Source of the DNA: a virus | Taxonomy: Duplodnaviria > Caudoviricetes | Length of the DNA: 64,000 nt | IMG/VR virus record: IMGVR_UViG_3300036861_000232 | Span: 188-64,187 of that record | Reading direction: 5' to 3' (one strand) | Shown here: one piece after another, positions 35,849 through 46,522 of the stretch | Numbering within the stretch: the stretch's first letter is position 1 | How the letters are laid out: each line of letters opens with the position of its first letter | Made by a program: the position numbers and the translations under genes | Notes under the pieces: generated by a model | Seen by the model: the letters and a program-made list of their open reading frames with translations, nothing else | Told to the model about the DNA's origin: nothing | Databases searched by the model: none

Positions 35849-38002
35849 ATGGCCCTGACCATTGTCCAGGCTGGCAGCAATGTCAGCACCACTGACACAC
35901 TTACGCTCAGCGTCAGCGTCACTGCCGCCGTCGGCACCATGCTGGTGGTCTGCGTTGCGGCGAGCAACGATGCCTCGGGCGGCGGCCCCTCGCTGATTGA
36001 TGTTACCGACGCGGCGGGTAATACCTACACCTCGCGCGGCATCATCAACTACGATCCGGGCGCGACCTCGGCCGGCTCGACTCTAGGCATCTTTACCGCA
36101 CCGATCACTAGCGCCCTATCGGCGGCCAACGTCACGGCGAATTTTAACCCGCTGACGATACAGACGGCGATGGTCATCCACAAGGTGACGCCGGCGGCGG
36201 GCCAGACGGTGACCTTCCGGGCGCAGGGAGCGGGCGCCACCGGCAACGCCACCTCTTATTCGATCACCGCTTCGGCGGTGGCCTCGGGCGATACGATCTT
36301 CGGCGCGGCGGCGATCGAGACTGACGACACTGTCACTGCCGATAGCGATACGACCAATGGCAGCTGGTCGGCGCAGTATCTGGCTCTTGCCGATGGCGGC
36401 GCCGATGCCTCGACCGAGACCATCGTTGCCCAGTACAAGACGACGACCGGGGCCGGCGATCAGACTTATGATCCGACCACGGTAACGGGCCGTGATGCGG
36501 CGTGGAACTGGATCACCATTTATGAGGCGGCGTCGGAAACGATTACCGTCGACAAATGGTATCCGCCGCTTGTTGATCCGGTCCGCATCAAGCCGCGACT
36601 GGCGACGGCGGCGCAACAGGCGGCGTGGTTCGTTCAGGCCGCGCCCTTCGCCGAAGCGACGACGGTCGATCGCTGGTTTTCGCCGTTTGCGCTGCCCGTC
36701 CGCACGAAGGCCAGGGCGGCCGAATATCGCCAGCCGGATTACTACCCGTTCCCGATATTCGTTGCGGAAGAAGTCACCGTTGACAAATGGTATCAGCGGC
36801 TTCAGCAACCGCATCCGGCCAAGCGGCCATTGCGCGCCGGTGCGCAACAGTTTCTCGTGTTCTATAGCGAGCCCGTCATTTCCATTTCGTGGTTCAAGGG
36901 GCTTGAGGAACCCGTAAGAACCAAGCCACGCCTGAGAGAGGCGCTGCAGCAGCATTCGGCCTTCGTCAAAACCGATCCGTTTCCGGAAGCTGTCTCGATC
37001 GATCGATGGCAGCAGCCGTTCTCTGAACCTGTTCGCGTCAAGCGCCGAACGGCGGATTTCCCATATCTGGCGTTCGTCAAGGCCGATCCCTTCCCGGAAT
37101 CGGTCACGGTCGATCGCTGGCTGCTGGGTTTAAGCGAGCCTGTTCGGTGCGTTAGGCGCACCGCCGACTATCCGGCGCTGACGTTCTACCCGCTGCCATT
37201 CGTTCCGTGGGACTGGCGTGTCCCGCTCAGCGAGCCAACGCGGCGCCAACCGCGCACGACAGACTTCCCGGCGCTGTGGTTGGTCAAAGCGGCGCCCTTT
37301 GAAGAGACGACAACGGTCGATCGCTATTGGCAACCGTTGTCGGAGCCGCGCGGTCGGCGCTTCCCGGCTTCGCAGCAACAGGCGCTCGCTTGGTCGGACT
37401 TCACGCCGGCATCTACCGAGAACGTTACGCTCGACAAATGGTTCGCGCCGCTGGCGGAGCCGATCCGCGTCAGGGCACGGCTTGCGACCGCCTCGCAGCA
37501 AGCGGCGTGGTTCGTCAAGGCGGACCCGTTTGCCGAGACCGTCAGCATTGATCGCTGGCTGCGGCCGCTCTCGGAGCCAGTGCGAAGACGTCCAGGGCTC
37601 AGCGAAGGACTACAGCAGTTCTTCACGCTGCATCCGGCGCCGATCATCGTCCCACCTGAGCCGGAAATCGTTCCCGGCGGTGACGATAGGTACGAGGGCC
37701 GCAGGAAGCGCTTGCTGTGGTGGCAGTCCGACCCGATGCGCAAGCGCCGCCGCCGCAAAGTACTCGAAGCCAAAGTCGCCGAGGCGATCGAGACCGCCAG
37801 GAATATCGATCCCGACAAGGCGGAGCGCCTAGCCAAACTCACTGCCAAGCAGCATGCCGACCGCATGCTCGCCGAGCGCACTTTCGAGCAGATCGCCCGC
37901 GACATCGAAACCGTCGGCGATCTTCTCGACACCCTGTGGCGGCAGACGATCGAGCGCGACGACGAGCGCATCATTCTTGAGGTTCTGCAGAGCCTCGACT
38001 GA
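35849..38002 (+). CDS. Protein with beta-rich N-domain and ~10 Trp/Pro/Arg repeats
   Basis: Repeats of E.(V/T)(T/S)(V/I/L)D(K/R)W..PLSEPVR. Confidence 0.75.
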   Translation: MALTIVQAGSNVSTTDTLTLSVSVTAAVGTMLVVCVAASNDASGGGPSLIDVTDAAGNTYTSRGIINYDPGATSAGSTLGIFTAPITSALSAANVTANFNPLTIQTAMVIHKVTPAAGQTVTFRAQGAGATGNATSYSITASAVASGDTIFGAAAIETDDTVTADSDTTNGSWSAQYLALADGGADASTETIVAQYKTTTGAGDQTYDPTTVTGRDAAWNWITIYEAASETITVDKWYPPLVDPVRIKPRLATAAQQAAWFVQAAPFAEATTVDRWFSPFALPVRTKARAAEYRQPDYYPFPIFVAEEVTVDKWYQRLQQPHPAKRPLRAGAQQFLVFYSEPVISISWFKGLEEPVRTKPRLREALQQHSAFVKTDPFPEAVSIDRWQQPFSEPVRVKRRTADFPYLAFVKADPFPESVTVDRWLLGLSEPVRCVRRTADYPALTFYPLPFVPWDWRVPLSEPTRRQPRTTDFPALWLVKAAPFEETTTVDRYWQPLSEPRGRRFPASQQQALAWSDFTPASTENVTLDKWFAPLAEPIRVRARLATASQQAAWFVKADPFAETVSIDRWLRPLSEPVRRRPGLSEGLQQFFTLHPAPIIVPPEPEIVPGGDDRYEGRRKRLLWWQSDPMRKRRRRKVLEAKVAEAIETARNIDPDKAERLAKLTAKQHADRMLAERTFEQIARDIETVGDLLDTLWRQTIERDDERIILEVLQSLD

Positions 38003-38010
38003 GGGGAAAT

Positions 38011-38352
38011 ATGCAAAGGGACAGTGATTTCTACTTGTCGCCCGAAGGGGTCGACGAGGACGACGCCCGTGCGCTCGCCAATGGGCAGATCGTCACCGAG
38101 GCGATTAACACCACAAATTCTGCCATCAACGTGATGCTGGACTGCGCGCGCCGCGACTATCTCGCCGCACTGCGTGGCCTCATCGATGTCGACCTGAAAA
38201 CCACAGACGGCATCGCAACCGCGCTAAAGCTGCAAGCCGAAGCGCAACGCTATCTCGACCTTATCCAATGGATACGAAACATCGCCACTCAGCATGACGT
38301 GGCGCTCGCGAAATCTCGGGGCGAGACGCTAGAAGAAGGAAATCCTTACTGA
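38011..38352 (+). CDS. Hypothetical protein preceding the scaffold gene
   Basis: GAGGGG RBS; helical ORF. Confidence 0.6.
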   Translation: MQRDSDFYLSPEGVDEDDARALANGQIVTEAINTTNSAINVMLDCARRDYLAALRGLIDVDLKTTDGIATALKLQAEAQRYLDLIQWIRNIATQHDVALAKSRGETLEEGNPY

Positions 38353-39623
38353 TGACCAAGGAGAAAACCACTCCGAAGCCAGCCGACGAGGCGCAGGACG
38401 CCATCGTCGAGAACGACCCCGGCGAAGCCGAACGCACCCTTGCCGCCGACCAGCAGCAGGACGAAGGCGGCAAGAAGCCGGAGAGTGATGAGGGCGAGTC
38501 AAAAGCGCCTGAGTATTTCAAGGACGAAGCGCGCGAAGCCATTTTTGCCAATGCCAAGAAGACATCGACGCGCCGTTCGGTCGGCACCTATCAGGGCACC
38601 GACCAGCCTGCGCGGGCCTTTCCCAAACAGGATGATGATCAGGCTGCGGTCGAGGCAGCCGAAACCTTAGCCGACGCCCCGGAGCGGAAAACCACCGCAG
38701 AACCGACGCGCGTCAGTGACGAGGACCTCGACAAGCTCGTGCCGGTCACTGTCTTTGGCAAAACAGTGTGGAAACCGCTGCGCGAGCTACAAGCCAATGC
38801 TCAGATGTACGATGCCGCCGATGTCCGACTCAACCAGGTCAAGGAACTGGCGGATCGTGTCGAGCGCGTGCGTGATGACCTCACAGCGAAGACATCGACG
38901 CCCGCAACAGAATCTGGACAGTCGAAAGAGCGCCAAGACGATCAAGACCAGATCGATCTCCGCGATGTCGTCGACAAGATCCAGACCGGGACACCCGAGG
39001 AAGGTGCGAAAGCACTGGAGGGATTGCTCGCCCGCACCAAGGGAGCCGAGCAATTGAGCCCGCAGCAGATCGCGCAGATCGCGAGGGCGACCGTCGAGGA
39101 AGCCGAGACCAACAAGGGCCTCGTGCAATTCTCTGAATCGGTCAGCCACGATTTCATCGAGGACGAAAACCTGCAGCACATGATGCAGGGTGTCGCCCGC
39201 CGTGAAATGCTGAAAGACCTCGAAGCCATCCTGCCGAAGGAGCATTTGGACAAGCTCGAACAGATGGGCCGGTCCGATCCGAGGTTCGTGCGCACGGTTC
39301 ATGCACGCGCCAGGCAGATGTATCCGGGGAGACTGCGCGACGATGTGGCCCTGATGCAGGCATCGCATAGCGAAGCCTCGCAGATTCTCGGCCGCAAAAC
39401 GAATACCGGGACGACTGCAACGCGCACTCCTGCGCCGCCCGCTTCCAGTGTCAGACCAGCACCGGAATTGCGCGCTCGCCAGGAAGTGAAGCGGCAGATT
39501 GTCCAATCACCGGCCCGACGCACCGCGCCGGCCGCACAGACCGATGCAAGACCCGTCTCTCAGGAGGAACGACGTTCCCAACGAGTGGCGGAGATACGCA
39601 AGGCACGCGGCCAGCCCATGTAG
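38352..39623 (+). CDS. Capsid scaffolding protein
   Basis: Acidic, flexible and helical; immediately upstream of the capsid gene; basic C-terminal end. Confidence 0.7.
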   Translation: MTKEKTTPKPADEAQDAIVENDPGEAERTLAADQQQDEGGKKPESDEGESKAPEYFKDEAREAIFANAKKTSTRRSVGTYQGTDQPARAFPKQDDDQAAVEAAETLADAPERKTTAEPTRVSDEDLDKLVPVTVFGKTVWKPLRELQANAQMYDAADVRLNQVKELADRVERVRDDLTAKTSTPATESGQSKERQDDQDQIDLRDVVDKIQTGTPEEGAKALEGLLARTKGAEQLSPQQIAQIARATVEEAETNKGLVQFSESVSHDFIEDENLQHMMQGVARREMLKDLEAILPKEHLDKLEQMGRSDPRFVRTVHARARQMYPGRLRDDVALMQASHSEASQILGRKTNTGTTATRTPAPPASSVRPAPELRARQEVKRQIVQSPARRTAPAAQTDARPVSQEERRSQRVAEIRKARGQPM

Positions 39624-39670
39624 CTGAGGGCCATTCCCTCAACTTTTCTAAAATATCGGAGTAACGCTCC

Positions 39671-40663
39671 ATGAGCGCACTCAATTGGGAAATCCCCGCT
39701 GAGGGCGGCTATCTGTATGCGGACGAGCTTTCTGACATTCTCCGCATTCAGGTGCAGCCGCTTACAAAGTTTCGCCAATTTTGCGATGCCGAAGATGGGT
39801 CGCAAAAAGGCTTAGGCCGCGGCGAATTGTTCGTCTGGGACGTGGTCGGAGATGTCGCCCGTCAGGGCTGGCAGCTCGCCGAAGATCAGCCGATGCCGGA
39901 GACCAACTTCACGGTCGCCCAGCGTTCGCTGACCGTCACGGAATATGGGCAAAGTGTGCCCTATACCGGCAAGCTCGAGAACCTCGCCCGTCACAAAGTC
40001 GTGTCGATCATCGACAAGGCTTTGAAGCATGACGCACGCAAGGCTTTCGACAAGGCGGCGTTCCTGCAGTTCAAGAACTGCGTGACGCGCTTCAACGCCA
40101 CCTCCGGCACTTCGACCACCGCGATCACCGTGACCACCAACTCGGCTACCACCGTGACGAACGACGTTGCGATGGGCACCGGGCACGTCAAGGCGATCTC
40201 GGATTATATGAAGGAGGCAAATGTACCCCCATACGAGGGCGACTCGTACATGTGCATTTCGCACCCGACGACCTATCGCACCTTCAAAAATCAGCTCGAG
40301 TCTATTCACCAGTACACCCAGTCTGGGCTTGAGATGATCCGTTACGGCGAGATCGGTCGCTATGAGGATGTTCGCTTCATCGAGCAGAACCTCATCCCGA
40401 AGGGCGGGGCGAACGATTCCACCACCTACGACGCCATCAACGGTGTCGCCGATGCGTGGAACAATGCCGATTCCTCATGGGGATTTTTCTTTGGTGCCGA
40501 CACAGTCACCGAGGCGATCTGCATTCCTGAGGAAATCCGCGCCAAGGTGCCGGGCGACTATGGCCGCAGCCGCGGCATCGCCTGGTATTATTTGGGGGGG
40601 TTTGGACTTGTGCACACTGACGCCGTGAATTCCCGTGTTTACATGTGGGATTCAGCCGCGTAA
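39671..40663 (+). CDS. Major capsid protein
   Basis: 330 aa; L.E...MPET...TEYG..V, GEIG.Y..VRF.E and DYGR..GIAWY motifs. Confidence 0.88.
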   Translation: MSALNWEIPAEGGYLYADELSDILRIQVQPLTKFRQFCDAEDGSQKGLGRGELFVWDVVGDVARQGWQLAEDQPMPETNFTVAQRSLTVTEYGQSVPYTGKLENLARHKVVSIIDKALKHDARKAFDKAAFLQFKNCVTRFNATSGTSTTAITVTTNSATTVTNDVAMGTGHVKAISDYMKEANVPPYEGDSYMCISHPTTYRTFKNQLESIHQYTQSGLEMIRYGEIGRYEDVRFIEQNLIPKGGANDSTTYDAINGVADAWNNADSSWGFFFGADTVTEAICIPEEIRAKVPGDYGRSRGIAWYYLGGFGLVHTDAVNSRVYMWDSAA

Positions 40664-40712
40664 ACCACTGAGAGTGCTTGACTTTACTCTAGCCCAACTG
40701 TAGTAATGAGTT

Positions 40713-41191
40713 ATGCGGTTCGTTCTAGAGAATGAAGATTTGCAGCATAGGATTCGCGGTCGTTACGCCGTTGATCCTGTGACGGGCTGTTGGAATTGGC
40801 TGGCCTCCATCCAGGCTATGCCTTGTGCAAAGTAAGTGCCGTTGGTGAGCTCTATGCCCATCGTGTCTCCTACCGCGCATTCAAGGGCAACATCCCGACC
40901 GGCATGAAGGTCTGCCATGCCTGCGACAATCGCAGGTGCGTGAACCCAGAGCATCTCTTTCTGGGGACGACTTTGGACAACTCGCATGATGCGAGGTCAA
41001 AGGGCAGACACCAGCACGGTGAAAAGAGCGTGCGAGCCAAACTAACTGAGGCTGATGTCGTCGAAATTCTACGTCTGTACAAGATGGAGGGTTGGACGGC
41101 GAAGGCCTTGGCGGCACGGTTCGGCGTCACCGACAGCACGGTGCAGCATATCTACTATGGCACTCGCTGGGCGCACATGAGGCGCAGGTAA
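40713..41191 (+). pseudogene. Frameshifted HNH homing endonuclease
   Basis: GCWNW lies in the frame starting at 40713; GY...AHRVSY...HACDNRRCVNPEHL lies in a different frame. Confidence 0.7.
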
Positions 41192-41219
41192 AGTCAACAT
41201 CCTTGGCTTTTCATCCATC

Positions 41220-41248
41220 GCCCCAGCCTAACCCGCTGGGGCTTTTCA
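41220..41248 (+). terminator. Rho-independent terminator
   Basis: GCCCCAGC-loop-GCTGGGGC followed by TTTT. Confidence 0.6.
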
Positions 41249-41269
41249 TTCAGAAAAGGAGTTTTGGTC

Positions 41270-41710
41270 ATGTCTTACGACAAGCCAAATCGCATTAAAT
41301 ACACCTCAGGCGACGTCCTCGACTTTGGCACTGCCGGTGAGGTCTATACCTTCAAAGGCCCGAAGGGCAAGAAAGGCCGCATCTGGGATTACGGGGTCGA
41401 GGCAATCCTCGAGACCTTCAACAGCGTTACCACGGCGGCCCTTGTCTCAGTTGGTTCGGTGGCCGACCCTGATCTCTATGGCGATGAATTCGATGTGGAG
41501 GATGCGGCGGTCGATACCGGCACCGTGTCACTGCGCACCCGGTTCACCGCAGCGGAGATCGAGGCTGGCGCCACCGCCAATACGGCGGGCATGCTGCTGG
41601 ACCCCAATTTGCCAGCGGATACCATCTTTGCTCTGCATTGCGTGGCGCCTACCGGCGGCACGCCGACCGGCATGGCGGTGGCCTTCGTCATCGTCGATTG
41701 GGACGACTAA
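41270..41710 (+). CDS. Probable capsid decoration / minor head protein
   Basis: Beta-rich ORF after the capsid gene; AAGGAG RBS. Confidence 0.55.
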   Translation: MSYDKPNRIKYTSGDVLDFGTAGEVYTFKGPKGKKGRIWDYGVEAILETFNSVTTAALVSVGSVADPDLYGDEFDVEDAAVDTGTVSLRTRFTAAEIEAGATANTAGMLLDPNLPADTIFALHCVAPTGGTPTGMAVAFVIVDWDD

Positions 41711-42299
41711 CAGAGAGAGCGGCGGACAATCGCCGCTTTCCATTTCAACGCAAAGGAGACCCGCATGGGCCGCAATATCCCAAACTGCGATCTGAAAATC
41801 CGCGCCGAGCAAGTTCAGCCGGAAGGTGATGGTCGCAAGATCAATCGAGGCAGCATGGCGCGTGAGGGCTACGAATGCCTCGACAGCAACGATCCCGAAT
41901 ACGATCTTGATCGGCGCGGGATCGCTGAGCCGGTGTCGGTGAGACCCCGCCGCTGGCCTCGGAACGAGTATTAACCCTTAAAATCGCAAAGGAGTACGCG
42001 ATGGAACCCAAAATGAAAGGCAACGGCTCGGGCCAGGTCGACAAGAAAGTCGGCAATGGCACGACCATCCGCGAGGCGTTTGGCCAGGATCATTCCGACG
42101 TGCATGTGAAAAACACGCGCGGCAAGGACATGGGCGGTAGCGTCACGGATTTGAGCCACTCCCTGACTGGCACATCCGCCAAGCAGGATCACGACTAGAA
42201 ACTCACGCTTGCGGCTTAGGCGCGTAAGCATTGAGCCGTGCATGAACCAACTTTCAGGGTTGGGCAGTTGCACGGCTCTTTCATTTCAAGAGGGAATTC

Positions 42300-42743
42300 A
42301 TGGTAAAAATGCTCAATCGGAAACGCACCGACATCGGCATCGTGTTTCCGCCGCACCAGAACCGCCACTTTGAGGTGGATGACCAGTTCTATGATGCCGA
42401 TGGCTATCCGATCGACGCCAAAAGCGGCAAGCGGCTGGAGGTCGAACAGGTCTCCGTGCCACAGGTGCAGGCTAAGGCCAAGAAGGGCAAGAAGGTTTTT
42501 GCCGAACCCGACGATGATCCCGACGCCATCCTTGATGCGCCGATCAATCTCAAAGCTTGGGCGAAGGGCGACGAGAAGCATCCGTGGCACGCCGTGCAGG
42601 CGCAGTTCCAGCGCGAATATGCTGTCGCGCCGGCGAACAAAACCGAAGCCTATGAAATCCTGAAGGTGAACAAGAAGGTCGGTCTCGCCGGCGTTCCGCA
42701 GGTGAAGAAGGGCGCAACAGAGACGGAGCAGGACGCCGTCTAA
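42300..42743 (+). CDS. Hypothetical head-region protein
   Basis: ORF abuts the adaptor gene start. Confidence 0.55.
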   Translation: MVKMLNRKRTDIGIVFPPHQNRHFEVDDQFYDADGYPIDAKSGKRLEVEQVSVPQVQAKAKKGKKVFAEPDDDPDAILDAPINLKAWAKGDEKHPWHAVQAQFQREYAVAPANKTEAYEILKVNKKVGLAGVPQVKKGATETEQDAV

Positions 42744-43391
42744 ATGGACTACACAACCCTCGTCGCGGCAAAGACTACCGAAGGCTCGATCAAGAACATG
42801 ATCAACTTCTCGGACCTACCTGTCGAGGTCATCCTCACCAACGCGCAATCGCTAATGTTCTCATTCCTGCGCGTGCGCGAGATGAAGGAGCGAACGACCG
42901 ACTCTTTCACGACAGGCGACACCACCGACACCCTGCCGACAGGTTTCCTTGAGCCGGTCGGCAACCAAATTGAGTTCACCGGCGAATGGCAGGGGAGCAG
43001 CATCGTGATTCTGCCCGAGGAGGAATACGAGCAGTCACGCATCTACGACCCGGATAACTTGACGCTTCTGTTGGAGACGACGCCCACGGCCTGTGCGCTT
43101 ACCGGCACGCAGATTCTGCTCAATGCCCGCTGTGACCAGACCTACAACTATGCTCTCTGGCACTACAAATCGCCGACGGTTCTCTCCAGCACCAACACGA
43201 CCAATTGGGTCACCAACCGCTATCCGCATGTGCTGACCAATTTCCTCAGGCATTTCGCCTTCAAGCACCGGCAGTCCGATCAGCGTGCGGTCGCCGAGCT
43301 CAAGGAGGGCATGGCCTACATTGAGCAGATCAACAGAGAGCACGATTATGTCAAAGCTTCGTACACCTATTCGCACCACTGGGAACGCTGA
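42744..43391 (+). CDS. Head-tail adaptor (tail tubular A-like)
   Basis: LRVREM, LP..FLE and TNW....P motifs. Confidence 0.7.
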   Translation: MDYTTLVAAKTTEGSIKNMINFSDLPVEVILTNAQSLMFSFLRVREMKERTTDSFTTGDTTDTLPTGFLEPVGNQIEFTGEWQGSSIVILPEEEYEQSRIYDPDNLTLLLETTPTACALTGTQILLNARCDQTYNYALWHYKSPTVLSSTNTTNWVTNRYPHVLTNFLRHFAFKHRQSDQRAVAELKEGMAYIEQINREHDYVKASYTYSHHWER

Positions 43392-43394
43392 GTC

Positions 43395-44585
43395 ATGACC
43401 GATACGACCCGTAATCTCTTCAACAAGATGACAACGGGAAGTAACAATAATACATGGGGCACGGAGGGGAACACTAATCTCGACGAGATCGACGCCTCGC
43501 TCGACGGACTTGAGGCCAGTGTCTCGGTCACCGCGGCCGATGTCACGCTCACCGACGACCAGCAGCGCAAGCGCATCATCACCACCACCGGCACGCTCAC
43601 CGGTAACCGCGCGATCATCGTCGCGGCGCGGGAAAAGAACTGGCGCATCTATAACGGCTGTGCTGGCGCTTTTACGCTGACGGTCAAAGTCTCCGGCCAG
43701 ACCGGCGTCGTCATCCCGCAAGGCACTTGGCAGAAAATCTACTGCAACGCCACCGATGTCTTCTTCGCCCAGAGCCAGGATGCCTCGACCACCAATGTCC
43801 TGACCGGCACCTCGATCGCCACCCGCGTCACCCCGGATGCCTTGGCGTCACTGTGGGAAAGAAACACCACCGACATCACCGACGGAGCGGCGATCACCAT
43901 CGGCGATGGGGGTTCGTTCAATCTCATCACCTCGACCACGGCAATTACTTCGTTTTCGATCACCACCGACAAGTCGGGGCGCAAGTTCCGGGTGCGCTTC
44001 GATACTGCCCGCACACTAACCCACAATGCGACATCACTGATCCTGCCCGGCGGGGCCAATATCACCACCGCGGCGGGCGACATCTGCGAAGTGGAGAGCC
44101 TCGGCTCCGGCAATGTGCGGGTGAACTGGTATACCAAGGCCGACGGTACGCCAGTTGTCGGCGGGGCGAATGCTTCTGCCACGGTGCGCGGCATTGTCGA
44201 GCTATCCACTGCGGCGGAATTCCGCAATGACACGGCGGATCGGGCACTCACCGGCGAGATTGTGTGGGATGCCGCTGCAGAAGTGACGCTTACCGATGGT
44301 GCGACCATCGCCGTCGACATGGCGACCTTCATCAATGCCATCGTCACGCTCGGCGGCAATCGAACATTGGGCCAGCCCTCCAATACCAAAGTCGGGCAAT
44401 CGGGGTGCATCCGCATCGTGCAGGACGGCACCGGCTCACGCACACTTGCCTATCATGCCGACTGGAAATTTGCCGGCGGCACCGATCCGGTTCTCACCAC
44501 GACGGCGTCCGCCATAGATCTGCTATTCTATCAAGTCATCGCAGCGAATGTGATTTACGCCAATCTGGTGAAGGCGATCGCCTAA
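43395..44585 (+). CDS. Tail fibre / appendage protein
   Basis: TG.N..TWG..TN.N N-terminus, LILPGGANITTAAGD and QDGTGSRTL modules. Confidence 0.75.
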   Translation: MTDTTRNLFNKMTTGSNNNTWGTEGNTNLDEIDASLDGLEASVSVTAADVTLTDDQQRKRIITTTGTLTGNRAIIVAAREKNWRIYNGCAGAFTLTVKVSGQTGVVIPQGTWQKIYCNATDVFFAQSQDASTTNVLTGTSIATRVTPDALASLWERNTTDITDGAAITIGDGGSFNLITSTTAITSFSITTDKSGRKFRVRFDTARTLTHNATSLILPGGANITTAAGDICEVESLGSGNVRVNWYTKADGTPVVGGANASATVRGIVELSTAAEFRNDTADRALTGEIVWDAAAEVTLTDGATIAVDMATFINAIVTLGGNRTLGQPSNTKVGQSGCIRIVQDGTGSRTLAYHADWKFAGGTDPVLTTTASAIDLLFYQVIAANVIYANLVKAIA

Positions 44586-45406
44586 TGCTGCCGGGGATCG
44601 GAGGCTGCATTGGCGGAGCGGCGCCAAACTATCTGCGCTATGACCTCATCACCATACTCGGCTCGCTTGGCTTAACCACCAACCTCAAACTTTGTCTCGA
44701 TGCCGGTGACGCTAACTCTTATACGAGCGGCCAATCATGGCTCGACACCTCAGGAAATGGGTATGATTTCTTTCGCGGTTCGTCCTCCTCTTCGCAATCG
44801 TCTGACCCGACTTTTAACGGCTCAGTAGGAGCGAAAACGGCATCCGAATATTGGTCCTTTGATGGTGGCGACTTCTTCACCTACGACACCACCAATGAAA
44901 CGTGGATGCAGAATCTGCATAAGGACAATGCTGTCTTCACCATTGTCGCTTGGGTGTATATTGCAAACTTCAACTCAGATCAGCCCATCTGGAGCACAGT
45001 GCGGCTTGCCAGCAATATAGGGTCTCGGCTCTATATTAACGATACAGGCAACCAGCCCACATGGTACGTCAGTAATGGCACTGACGATGTTGCCCTGTTC
45101 AGCGCTGGCACCAACACATTTACCGCTGGTAGATGGAATTTTGTCGGCCTTTCGCTCACTGAAGCGACAGGTGCTGACGGCGCTTTATGGAACGTCAATG
45201 GAACTGCCGCTACCGACACGTCAACCTATACCTCTCCATCAGCTTCCAGCGCTGGTAATACTGCTACGCTTGGACATAACAGTAGCGCTTTGTTTTTTGA
45301 GTCAGGTACTCGTCTCGCCCAGATCGCCATGTGGGAAGGAACGGCGCTGACGGCACAGAACCTTGCGGACATCTTCACCGTTACGCGCGGGCGGTTTGGT
45401 GTCTAG
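44585..45406 (+). CDS. LamG/ConA-like lectin virion protein
   Basis: L.L.LDA....SY....W.D.SGNG, FDG, FTI.AWV. Confidence 0.75.
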   Translation: MLPGIGGCIGGAAPNYLRYDLITILGSLGLTTNLKLCLDAGDANSYTSGQSWLDTSGNGYDFFRGSSSSSQSSDPTFNGSVGAKTASEYWSFDGGDFFTYDTTNETWMQNLHKDNAVFTIVAWVYIANFNSDQPIWSTVRLASNIGSRLYINDTGNQPTWYVSNGTDDVALFSAGTNTFTAGRWNFVGLSLTEATGADGALWNVNGTAATDTSTYTSPSASSAGNTATLGHNSSALFFESGTRLAQIAMWEGTALTAQNLADIFTVTRGRFGV

Positions 45407-45621
45407 TTGGGAATGAACATTAGCCCGTCGGTGATCTTGTAGGGCTCACCCTTCTTCATCTTGGTGGCCTTGCAGGTGGCCTTTTTGACTGGGCGGTTAT
45501 CCTCGATGACCATTTCGGCCATATGTAGCCGACAGCTCCGCAGCGACTCGTAAACCATGTGGGTCTTGTCCGGTTGCTGACCGTCGCCCCACAGGATCAG
45601 AAGAACGTAAATGGTGACCAC
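45403..45621 (-). CDS. Small counter-oriented exported protein (moron-like)
   Basis: Hydrophobic N-terminus, two Cys, GGAGAG RBS. Confidence 0.5.
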   Translation of the reverse strand: MVTIYVLLILWGDGQQPDKTHMVYESLRSCRLHMAEMVIEDNRPVKKATCKATKMKKGEPYKITDGLMFIPN

Positions 45622-46027
45622 GACATCTCTCCGTTAATTCCCCGGTCGCGATAGCCGATGAATGGTTCGCATGACCGCACAACATAGTCGCGACGAAGCA
45701 CATTTGCAAATCCGATGGAGCGTCGTCATCTTCTGTTTCGGCATCATTCTCTGCGGGCTGAAGTTTCCATTCAACTGGTTATTCGCCGATGCCAGATTCA
45801 GGGATATCCAGAGGATCGGCAGCTTCGGCCTTTATGATGGGCTCGAACTGCAGGATGCCTGGCGCCGCATTCGTGATCCTGGCCGCTCGCTGCACGACAT
45901 CACAAATCTTGTGGTGGAATTTAACAGGCGTTGGTTACCCGTCAGCACGAAATTCCTCTGTGCTCTGATCGTGTGGCCGAATCTTATCTATCTCGTTCTC
46001 ATTGTTATTTTCTGACGGAGACCAGCC

Positions 46028-46522
46028 ATGTTGTTTGATCAAGCCGGCATCCCTGTTACGGCAAAATTGCGGGAGGTGACGGTCACCCCGACCGTGCTCA
46101 ACAACGATGCTTATGATTCCGGCGACGTACTGTTTGACTCAACCCTCGTCGCCAATGCCTGCCGCGACAATGACGAGCCATGCTGGCTCGACAGCATGAC
46201 CATTCAGGACAAGGACGACCAAGCGGCGGCGGCATGGACTCTGTTCTTCCTCAGCGCCAACACCTCGCTCGGCACCAAGGATGCCGCCCCCTCGATCTCC
46301 GATCCCAATGCCGCGACTGCCAAGTTGATGATGTATCCGGTCGCCGTCGCCGATTGGTTCGATTACGGGGCGGGCAAACTCGCTCATCTCAGAAGCATCA
46401 ACCTCCCCATCATCCCCGTCTCCGGCACCCGCGACATCTATGTCGCCGCTACGGTTACCGGCACGCCAACGCAGACAACGGGCGGCATCGTCTGCCGCCT
46501 CATCTTCAAAGACCCGTCGTGA
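46028..46522 (+). CDS. Probable virion protein
   Basis: AY..GD motif, beta-rich, GGAG RBS. Confidence 0.55.
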   Translation: MLFDQAGIPVTAKLREVTVTPTVLNNDAYDSGDVLFDSTLVANACRDNDEPCWLDSMTIQDKDDQAAAAWTLFFLSANTSLGTKDAAPSISDPNAATAKLMMYPVAVADWFDYGAGKLAHLRSINLPIIPVSGTRDIYVAATVTGTPTQTTGGIVCRLIFKDPS

